DNA of 64,000 nt, from the IMG/VR virus record IMGVR_UViG_3300020147_000065, positions 62,001 to 126,000 of that record; one strand, written 5' to 3'. The position numbers were made by a program, and so were the translations under genes. Position 1 is the first letter of the stretch. Each line of letters opens with the position of its first letter. Shown here piece after piece: positions 8,859 to 16,017 of the stretch. A model generated the notes under the pieces. That model worked only from the letters and a program-made list of their open reading frames with translations. It did not search any database and was not told where the DNA came from.

Positions 8859-9451
8859 TGGCACTCAAAGAAAGTCCTGTTAGAGAACAAAATTTATTAC
8901 CCAAATGTTTCCAGTTGGGAGCATTACATAACGACCATCACAATCCATTTCTGGAAGCAGGAGCATGTTTGTTTGGCGACGAGATTGTTATTTATGATGT
9001 TGATGGAACAATCATAAATATCGAACATCGCCTCAAATATCTCACTCAAAAACCCAAGACGGATTGGAAAAGGTTTCTTGCTGAAATCGGAAATGACACC
9101 TGCTATGAACACATCAAAGAAATGGTTGTAGAAGATTTTATTTCCGGTAAAACTGTTTGTTTGGTGACTGCTCGAAATGAAGGTCAAGCACCAGAAACAA
9201 TCGCACAGATGCAGCAGTTCGGTGTTCCTTATCATTACCTCTTCATGAGAAAGAAGGGGGACTACCGATGCGATACAATCGTCAAAGAAGAAATCCTACG
9301 TCTTCTTCCGAAGGAGAAAATTCTATACGTAGTGGAAGACCGGCCACGGGTGATAGACATGTGGAGGCAGAATGGCTTAAAAGTAATTGCCGTCAACACT
9401 GCACCAGATTATGACTACACCAACGCCGCTACTGCCGAGGACTGTGAATGA
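8858..9451 (+). CDS. HAD-family 3'-phosphatase (T4 PNKP phosphatase-domain-like)
   Basis: DVDGT, VTAR, LFMRKKGDYR.D..VK, EDRPRVIDMWR. Confidence 0.88.
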   Translation: MALKESPVREQNLLPKCFQLGALHNDHHNPFLEAGACLFGDEIVIYDVDGTIINIEHRLKYLTQKPKTDWKRFLAEIGNDTCYEHIKEMVVEDFISGKTVCLVTARNEGQAPETIAQMQQFGVPYHYLFMRKKGDYRCDTIVKEEILRLLPKEKILYVVEDRPRVIDMWRQNGLKVIAVNTAPDYDYTNAATAEDCE

Positions 9452-10098
9452 CAGCCAAGAAAGGTCGAAAAGTAAAGACTATAGCCTATCTCACATGCAT
9501 CATGCTGTGGATGGGCTTTCTTTCTACTCTTCTGATATGGCAAGCCCGTAACCAAACAATGGCTGAGCGTCTTCAGTTGAAGACGAGTGCATCCAGAGAA
9601 ATACGTGATCTTGCAATTAGTTATCGTAAAATGGAGAGTAGCGCCAGAGCATATTATTTTACACATAATGATGCCGTGCTGGATAGCTATAACGCTGAGA
9701 AAAAAGGTATTCAGAGCTTATTCGACAACACTAAAAAGGTTGTTCTTGCTGCGGACTCAGATGAAGTAGAAAGCTTCAATGAGATGAACAAACTTTATAG
9801 TGAGTGGTTCTCTTTCACAGAAAAAGGTATCAGTTATATTCGCACATCAACGTCCAATGCGGACGAGTTGGTAAAAAAAGATGTCTACGAGCGTAAAACC
9901 CGTATTGACAAAATTGACTACATCCTGCATACTCTAATGATGAAGCAGGATAGCGAGTATGATGCTCTTACTAAAACGTTTGAGGATTCACAACGTGTTT
10001 TCTGGCTTATCCTGATGTATTCGTCTCCGGTGTTTTCAATCAGTATTTATCTCCTTCTTTTATTGGTTGCTGAGGCTTCCAAAAAAGAACCGAGATAA
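9448..10098 (+). CDS. Stand-alone CHASE3-like membrane sensor (two TM helices, no output domain)
   Basis: TM - helical bundle with MESSARAYYFT....LDSY - TM, then stop. Confidence 0.7.
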   Translation: MTAKKGRKVKTIAYLTCIMLWMGFLSTLLIWQARNQTMAERLQLKTSASREIRDLAISYRKMESSARAYYFTHNDAVLDSYNAEKKGIQSLFDNTKKVVLAADSDEVESFNEMNKLYSEWFSFTEKGISYIRTSTSNADELVKKDVYERKTRIDKIDYILHTLMMKQDSEYDALTKTFEDSQRVFWLILMYSSPVFSISIYLLLLLVAEASKKEPR

Positions 10099-10101
10099 CC
10101 C

Positions 10102-10130
10102 TTGACAAACCCCTGAGAGTTCAGTATAAT
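10102..10130 (+). promoter_or_regulatory. Sigma70-type promoter
   Basis: TTGACA-17 nt-TATAAT, perfect consensus. Confidence 0.88.
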
Positions 10131-10149
10131 TTTAAGTGTTGAGGTGATC

Positions 10150-10425
10150 ATGAACGCAAAACAATGGTTTGCAATGGCTAATCGAGTAACGGAAGAAGTC
10201 TATACGCACCACCGCAAAGAATTACTTGAAGCGGAAGCATTAGGCGATACACCTTATATCGAAGTAGCAGAATTGCTTGAAGCCGACGTAGTAGACATGC
10301 CAGATGGCCAAAAAGCTCGAACTGTCGTAAATCTTCTGATGCTACAAGCATACAAACATGACAATGCAATTACTAACAGACTCGCAGAGTTCCAACGAGA
10401 AATCGAAGAACGACAATCTGCGTAA
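10150..10425 (+). CDS. Hypothetical protein
   Basis: Follows the promoter and GAGGTGATC. Confidence 0.65.
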   Translation: MNAKQWFAMANRVTEEVYTHHRKELLEAEALGDTPYIEVAELLEADVVDMPDGQKARTVVNLLMLQAYKHDNAITNRLAEFQREIEERQSA

Positions 10426-11005
10426 ATGGATGGTGTTCGATGTAGAGGCCGTAGGACTATATGGAGAAAGCTGGGCTTTCGGTTACATTATCCTCGACCA
10501 CTACGGTGACAAATTAGATGAAGGATTGGTAGCAACCGACTGGAGAAAGTTGCCAGGAAGACCTTCTGACCATGAATGGCTCAGACAGAATATTCCACCA
10601 ATACCCTTCGATGCTGCTTCTCCCGAAGAAGTACGCTCCGCGTTTTGGAAGGTATATACGTCAGACCCCAGCCTTGTTTTGGTTGCTGATGTATCCTTTC
10701 CAGTAGAAACGAATTTTCTCCAGAAGGCAGTCGTAGAAAATAACGGTTACGAGAGAAGTCCCTACCCGCTAATTGATATTAGCTCTATCCTTCTTGCAAG
10801 GTTCAAGGACCCCGTAGGTTATTTTCCAAGGATTGAGGAAGAAATTCCTGCTCACAACCCCTTGCACGACGCCAGACAATCTGGTAGAATATTCATCGCT
10901 AACCACTTGAGCGTGGTGAATTCATTGATAGCTTCTCATGAGGAAGCAACCGAGGTTCTGAGGAAACAAAAGACTTCGTGGTTTGAAAGGATTTTAGGTA
11001 AATAA
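10358..11005 (+). CDS. DEDDh 3'-5' exonuclease (Rv2179c/RNase AS-like); start uncertain
   Basis: FDVE (ExoI), HNPLHDARQ (ExoIII). Confidence 0.75.
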   Translation: MTMQLLTDSQSSNEKSKNDNLRKWMVFDVEAVGLYGESWAFGYIILDHYGDKLDEGLVATDWRKLPGRPSDHEWLRQNIPPIPFDAASPEEVRSAFWKVYTSDPSLVLVADVSFPVETNFLQKAVVENNGYERSPYPLIDISSILLARFKDPVGYFPRIEEEIPAHNPLHDARQSGRIFIANHLSVVNSLIASHEEATEVLRKQKTSWFERILGK

Positions 11006-11006
11006 C

Positions 11007-11285
11007 ATGGCTGAGAACGAAACTTTGGACAATGCAACTGAACAGGGCGCACAAAAGGCCCCGTGGACCCAACTGGCTGGACTCTGGAAGAATGAGTCCA
11101 AGGGAGGAGTAAAGTACCTCTCTGGAAACCTTGGTGGAGGTAAGCTCATTGTTTATCCCAACACCAAGAAGGCTCAGGGTTCAAAAGAGCCGGACTTCCG
11201 TCTCTACATCGTAGACAACCCTCGTAAGCCGAAGGAAGAGGAAGCGTCTGAAAAGACTGAAGCTTCTGACGACTTCGCAGAATAA
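11007..11285 (+). CDS. Small DUF736/ssDNA-binding-like protein with acidic tail
   Basis: GLWKNESK.G.KYLSG...N.KK...PDFRLY; tail ends DDFAE. Confidence 0.6.
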   Translation: MAENETLDNATEQGAQKAPWTQLAGLWKNESKGGVKYLSGNLGGGKLIVYPNTKKAQGSKEPDFRLYIVDNPRKPKEEEASEKTEASDDFAE

Positions 11286-11315
11286 GATAACAACAGATCA
11301 CCCACACCCTCCAGT

Positions 11316-11353
11316 AAAAAGGCCCCGTTCTCCAGCGGGGCCTTTTTCTTTTT
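11316..11353 (+). terminator. Intrinsic terminator
   Basis: AAAAAGGCCCCG...CGGGGCCTTTTT. Confidence 0.85.
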
Positions 11354-11381
11354 GCAACCCCAATTTACATTCCCTGTCTGA

Positions 11382-11603
11382 ATGAGCATTCAACTAAGGA
11401 GTTTTACCACCGTGGTTTGTAACTGGTGCCAAGGCGAAGGCCACACACATCGCCCTTCTTGTCCGATCAATCTTGAGGATGCTAATGAATGCACATGTGA
11501 TGCACCGAAGTGTCGTAATTGTAAAGGCGAAGGAGTCGTAAAAAATCACGAAAAGAAAAAGAGTGGTCTGATTAAGGCCATTGATAAAGCAAGGGGTTTT
11601 TAA
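11382..11603 (+). CDS. Small Zn-finger protein (CxxCxGxG)
   Basis: CNWCQGEG ... CRNCKGEG. Confidence 0.6.
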   Translation: MSIQLRSFTTVVCNWCQGEGHTHRPSCPINLEDANECTCDAPKCRNCKGEGVVKNHEKKKSGLIKAIDKARGF

Positions 11604-12041
11604 ATGGGTTGTGGATGCAGAAAAGCAGCAACTACACAGGCACCGAAGAAGTTCGATATTCGCCATGCTGTGCGCGATGCTGCTGTAGAAAAAGCGAATG
11701 TTGCACGAAAGGCTGTCACAGGTAAGGAATATAAAACCAAGTTTGTTGATGACGACGTAAAACTCTTACGTCGTCTCACCTGTGGTGACCCTGACCCTAA
11801 TATTCTAGAAGGTGACCCCCGTAGGAATTGCCCGACTCATGATAGAATCGAGAGTCTGGATATTTGTGGTGTGTGTAAATGCTTCATAAATCAAAAGATT
11901 AAATTCAAGGATTCTTTCTGTCCACGGGGGCATTGGGGACCAGTGGGTGAAGACGGTAAAGAAGAAGTAACCGAGGCAGCAATTCCTGCCGGTGTTGCTT
12001 TACCAGGAGAAGAAATAGATGATCGAGAACTTACCGATTAG
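11604..12041 (+). CDS. Cys-rich hypothetical protein (DUF6171-like)
   Basis: MGCGC start; CGVCKCF..K.....CP.G.W. Confidence 0.6.
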   Translation: MGCGCRKAATTQAPKKFDIRHAVRDAAVEKANVARKAVTGKEYKTKFVDDDVKLLRRLTCGDPDPNILEGDPRRNCPTHDRIESLDICGVCKCFINQKIKFKDSFCPRGHWGPVGEDGKEEVTEAAIPAGVALPGEEIDDRELTD

Positions 12042-12339
12042 GGTTGAATGCACACGCGCTGCACAAGCGGGTGCCTTTGGAGGCACCCTTCGTATTATTG
12101 GACTTCATGACCTCGTAGAAGGTGAAGATATTACCCTTCATATTCAAGATACAGAAGAAGAAGTTGTACAGAAAACCGCTGTCGTTGAAGAGGGTGAAGA
12201 AGGTGTAGTCGCATATGTAATTGCTGAGGGAGACTTTCCGAAGCCCGGAACATATTACCTACAATTAGAGCAAATCACCGACACCGAGCGAATCCTTTCT
12301 CCTGTTATTCCGTGGGTAATTTTTAAATCTTTGGTGTAA
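12019..12339 (+). CDS. BppU N-terminal-like Ig-fold protein
   Basis: GVVAYVIAEGDFPKPGTYYLQLE pattern. Confidence 0.5.
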   Translation: MIENLPIRVECTRAAQAGAFGGTLRIIGLHDLVEGEDITLHIQDTEEEVVQKTAVVEEGEEGVVAYVIAEGDFPKPGTYYLQLEQITDTERILSPVIPWVIFKSLV

Positions 12340-12346
12340 CCTAACC

Positions 12347-12375
12347 TTGCAAAAATACTCGATTTTTGGTATAAT
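12347..12375 (+). promoter_or_regulatory. Sigma70-type promoter, probably giving a leaderless recA mRNA
   Basis: TTGCAA-17 nt-TATAAT (TG extended); ATG begins after a 6-nt gap. Confidence 0.75.
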
Positions 12376-12381
12376 TAATAT

Positions 12382-13398
12382 ATGAATCAAAAATTTGTAG
12401 AGAACCTTTTGAAAGATAAAAGGTTCGCTGAAGTTAAGACTGGTTTATCCAACTACGAGATTGAATATCTACCGACAGGCAGCCTTGAAATTGATGTAGT
12501 TACGGGGCTTGGTGGATGGCCAAGCGGACGTATTTGCACAATGGCAGGTAAAGAAAGTTGTGGTAAATCTACAACAGCTTTATGGGCTATAGCCAATGCA
12601 CAGAAGCTTGGTCACGTTTGCGCCTACATTGATGCAGAGTTCACATTTGACCCCGAACGTGCCCAACAGTTAGGAATTGACCTCAATAAACTTCTCCTTA
12701 TCCGTGTACCGGATTTCCAAACAGGTGCAGACCTTACTTATGAGTTAGCGCGTTCTGGTGAAGTTCGCTTAATTGTATTTGACTCTATTGCCGGATCACC
12801 CATTAAAGAACAGAACGAAGGTAATGTAGGACAGGCAGATATTGGACGTAAAGCCAAGATTCTCGGTAACCTTATGACTAAGGTAACACCACCTGTCGCA
12901 TTAAATAAAGTATGGTTACTCATGGTGAACCAGCTTCGTGATGGTCTTGATCCATATGGACCGAAGTTCGTTATGCCTGGTGGTCATGCTCTTGTTTATC
13001 ATTCATCTGTTATTCTCTACATGAGTGGTAAAAAAGCGGAAGATGGTGCCGGACTCGATGTGACTGTTAAAGTCAACAAAAATAAATTAGCTTCTCCTTT
13101 CAAAGACACCAAGTTCTATCTTCCTTTCAGTGGACAACCTGATGTGTTTCGCTCTATCGCCAACATCGTAACTGATGCTCAATATTCAGATATGCTGGGA
13201 ATCGAAAGAGCCGGTGCTTACTACAGCTTCCCCAAGGAAATCTTTGGTGAAGAAAATAAATTTCAGGGAATGGCAAAAACCCTTGACTTTTTGCGCGAAA
13301 ACCCTGATACTTGTATGAAGTTACAGAATCACGTCCTGAAGACGCTAACGAGAAAGGGAGACTTTAATGAAAGTAGGAGTGACGGCGAGCAGTCATAA
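12382..13398 (+). CDS. recA: RecA/UvsX-family recombinase
   Basis: PTGSLEID, Walker A GKESCGKST, IDAE, Walker B IVFDS, NQLR, PGGHAL. Confidence 0.95.
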   Translation: MNQKFVENLLKDKRFAEVKTGLSNYEIEYLPTGSLEIDVVTGLGGWPSGRICTMAGKESCGKSTTALWAIANAQKLGHVCAYIDAEFTFDPERAQQLGIDLNKLLLIRVPDFQTGADLTYELARSGEVRLIVFDSIAGSPIKEQNEGNVGQADIGRKAKILGNLMTKVTPPVALNKVWLLMVNQLRDGLDPYGPKFVMPGGHALVYHSSVILYMSGKKAEDGAGLDVTVKVNKNKLASPFKDTKFYLPFSGQPDVFRSIANIVTDAQYSDMLGIERAGAYYSFPKEIFGEENKFQGMAKTLDFLRENPDTCMKLQNHVLKTLTRKGDFNESRSDGEQS

Positions 13399-13819
13399 AA
13401 TCACAGTAGAGCAGGAAGATGCTCTACGTAAACTGCTTGGGGAGATAAACGAGAAGAACCCGATTATGGAAGCACACCACGGGGATTGTATTGTAGGCGA
13501 TGCCCTTTTCGACCGCGTGGTTCGTGAATTATTCCCCAAAGTGCCAATGCACATTCACCCTTGTGATATTGATGATAAAAGGGCGTATTGCAAAGTACGC
13601 CCTGGCCTCGATGTCCTTTATCCGGTCAAGAAACCCCTGGTTCGCAATATTGACATTATTAAAGGGGTTGACAAGATGATCGGAATGCCGTATAATAATG
13701 GTCCGTGGTCGCAACGTGGCGGCACATGGTACACGATACGACACGCTAAAGGAGCGCGTGATTTATTTGTCATATTTCCTGCGGGGAATATTGACCCTTA
13801 CGAATGCATAGATTTCTAA
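13367..13819 (+). CDS. SLOG/DprA-like Rossmann-fold protein
   Basis: VGVT, HHGDC.GD, PLVRN.DI, GGTWYTIR.A. Confidence 0.6.
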   Translation: MKVGVTASSHKITVEQEDALRKLLGEINEKNPIMEAHHGDCIVGDALFDRVVRELFPKVPMHIHPCDIDDKRAYCKVRPGLDVLYPVKKPLVRNIDIIKGVDKMIGMPYNNGPWSQRGGTWYTIRHAKGARDLFVIFPAGNIDPYECIDF

Positions 13820-14178
13820 GATTGTTTTTGCTTTTGGTGGTTTTGGCTACAGCAGCCGAGGCAGCACCCCGACGACGAGGACACGTTCTCGCCTTTAGAG
13901 GCAACGCCTCTTTCCATCCTTACGGAAACAACAGGATGATTACCGCATCGAGAGATTATCCATGTGGAACGAAAATCAGAGTAACGAACCTAAAAACGAA
14001 GAAGAGCGTGATAGTGACGGTAGCCGATTGGGGTCCAGCACCCGGGACAGGCAGACCGTTAGACTTAAACAAATCCGCTTACAAGAAGATCGCACCGCTT
14101 TCCTCAGGAACTTGTCGAATCTCAGCGCAAGTCGTTTCGATTCCCAAGAAGAACAAGAGGGAGCAGCACAGACACTAA
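13804..14178 (+). CDS. Secreted RlpA-like double-psi beta-barrel protein
   Basis: Signal peptide; ASRDYPCGTKIRVTNL..KSVIVTVADWGP...LDL. Confidence 0.8.
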   Translation: MHRFLRLFLLLVVLATAAEAAPRRRGHVLAFRGNASFHPYGNNRMITASRDYPCGTKIRVTNLKTKKSVIVTVADWGPAPGTGRPLDLNKSAYKKIAPLSSGTCRISAQVVSIPKKNKREQHRH

Positions 14179-14202
14179 GCTGTCCATCTTGCGACCACGA
14201 AC

Positions 14203-14233
14203 AAAAGCTCCCCGATCCCTGGGGAGCTTTTTT
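14203..14233 (+). terminator. Intrinsic terminator
   Basis: AAAAGCTCCCC-gatccct-GGGGAGCTTTTTT. Confidence 0.7.
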
Positions 14234-14257
14234 GCTCAAAATAGTTGAAGAATGCCC

Positions 14258-14286
14258 TTGCTGCGGCTCCGAGTATATGGTAGAAT
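14258..14286 (+). promoter_or_regulatory. Putative sigma70 promoter
   Basis: (CCC)TTGCTG-17 nt-TAGAAT with TG extension, just after a terminator. Confidence 0.5.
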
Positions 14287-14398
14287 GGAATGGTGATGAG
14301 ACATATTCCCTTAAAAAGGCGGACCAGCAATGGCAGAACGAGGCGGATACCGAAGTCGTCAAGATGATTCAGAATTCAGTCCACGACGAGGAGAACGA

Positions 14399-14812
14399 AT
14401 GAGCAAAGTAACCCCTTTTGACCTGTACGGCCTGTGCGTTATGAATACCGAAGGCCCGGTGGGTTGTCAGATAAGCGGCGATGAGGCTGCACTTTATGCA
14501 CTTCGTGATTTAATTGATGCGGCCTTAGAGTCACCTACGGGGATGGCTATAGCTCACGCGTCAATCAACGAAGATGTAGACGAAGCAACAGGTGAACCTT
14601 ATTCCGAAATTAGTTCGGTTATCGTTCGCAACGACGACAAACTCAGACAAGTAGCCAAGTTCGAGAATGAAGTTGGACGTGCTACCCGCGGTTGGTATGA
14701 CGACGAGAAACAATCAGAACCAAAAGTAAAGAAAGCTGAAAAGAGCGAACCAAAGCGCAAGAAGAACGCGCGTCGTGATTTTCAGGAGAAAGCGAGAAAT
14801 TCTTCGAGGTAA
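14399..14812 (+). CDS. Hypothetical protein
   Basis: GAGGAG SD before ATG 14399 (in-frame alternative start 14330). Confidence 0.65.
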   Translation: MSKVTPFDLYGLCVMNTEGPVGCQISGDEAALYALRDLIDAALESPTGMAIAHASINEDVDEATGEPYSEISSVIVRNDDKLRQVAKFENEVGRATRGWYDDEKQSEPKVKKAEKSEPKRKKNARRDFQEKARNSSR

Positions 14813-14814
14813 AC

Positions 14815-15144
14815 ATGGATAGTTTTAATGATGTTTTGAAGAAAAGAGAAAATTATTTCGAGGGACGCAAAAAAGAAAGGTTGGCACAAACCAATGCGAC
14901 TGTTCTGAAAACAGAACTTCAAGCTTCCTGTCCCCATTTAATTATTCATGAGTTTGGTTATAAGAGTCGTGTCTGTCATATGTGTGGCCTTAGAGATGTT
15001 AATTCTGGTGGAGGGTATCCAAAACTACATAGTGGCCACATGGAAAGAACGGCAGCGATTCTTGTGAATCATTTCAATGATGATGAAGAATCAAATTACG
15101 TGAATCTGACTGTACCCTTACCGAATTTTGCTGGAGAAAAATAA
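14815..15144 (+). CDS. Hypothetical protein with CxH...CxxC
   Basis: SD GAGGT; TAATG coupling to dUTPase. Confidence 0.65.
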   Translation: MDSFNDVLKKRENYFEGRKKERLAQTNATVLKTELQASCPHLIIHEFGYKSRVCHMCGLRDVNSGGGYPKLHSGHMERTAAILVNHFNDDEESNYVNLTVPLPNFAGEK

Positions 15145-15845
15145 TGAGTGAATTACAAAAAGCAGACGAAGTTATTTCTGAGGCTCAATATAAGTTTGCT
15201 TCTGAGCTACTTATGATGGCCTACCAAAAAGCCACGATGGTGGAAAGAGATCAAGAACTGGACGACTACATCCAACAGGTTATACGTGAGAGCCGTGATT
15301 TCGTGTTGAATGCGCTAACGGAATCTACAATTAGCCCCGAAGCGATTGTAGATATTTTGGCTGATAAAATCAAAGAGAAACTTGACAACACAGACATCAT
15401 CAAACCAAAGATCAAGATTAAGTTGATTGATCCCAGCCGTACAGACTTGCTTCCTTCTTATGCACATCCTGGTGATTCTGGAATGGATGTAAGGTATTCT
15501 GGAAAAGGTGGTTTTCATTTATTTCCTGGCAGTCCACGGGCTGTACCGACTGGTTTAAAATTTGAATTACCTAAAGGATACGAAATCCAAGTTCGTTCCA
15601 AATCAGGTTTAGCCACCAAAGGTGTATTCGTGACCAATTCTCCTGGTACCTTAGATAATCAATATCGTGGTGAGCTATTCGCCATTCTTACTTATCTTGG
15701 CCCAGGTAAACAATTTTATATTGAGCCTGGAATGAAGGTGGCGCAGATTGTTCTCGCCCCTTATGTTCAAGGACGTATTCAAGTAGTTGATGAACTTTCT
15801 GAGACAGTGCGTGGTGAAGGAAGATTTGGTTCTACGGGAACCTAA
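15144..15845 (+). CDS. dut: Trimeric dUTPase with N-terminal extension
   Basis: DSGMDV, RSKSGLA, PGTLDNQYRGE, AQIV, RGEGRFGSTG. Confidence 0.95.
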   Translation: MSELQKADEVISEAQYKFASELLMMAYQKATMVERDQELDDYIQQVIRESRDFVLNALTESTISPEAIVDILADKIKEKLDNTDIIKPKIKIKLIDPSRTDLLPSYAHPGDSGMDVRYSGKGGFHLFPGSPRAVPTGLKFELPKGYEIQVRSKSGLATKGVFVTNSPGTLDNQYRGELFAILTYLGPGKQFYIEPGMKVAQIVLAPYVQGRIQVVDELSETVRGEGRFGSTGT

Positions 15846-15947
15846 AATAAAACGCCAAAATTAATTTGGTGTATCGTCAAAGGGCAACCCCATACTTTTC
15901 GAGGCGTTGAAGTAAGCAACGACAAACGCCCATAGAGTTATTGACAA

Positions 15948-15977
15948 GCGGAGAAAATTTCTTTTAATTTTCTCCGC
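15948..15977. repeat. Perfect 12-bp inverted repeat upstream of nrdJ
   Basis: GCGGAGAAAATT-6 nt-AATTTTCTCCGC, 1 nt after TTGACA (15941-15946). Confidence 0.75.
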
Positions 15978-16017
15978 CAGGGTTTTTGCGCCCATTTTAG
16001 TGTGGAGAAGATAGGAA

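Noticed and set aside
13283-13311. TTGACT-17-GATACT promoter-like sequence inside recA
   Set aside because: Weak -10 within coding sequence; could be chance
15876-15935. Possible c-di-GMP-I or cobalamin riboswitch upstream of nrdJ (AGGGCAACCCC...)
   Set aside because: Lacks the GNRA-loop/receptor and GCAAAGC core of c-di-GMP-I and any recognisable B12 box
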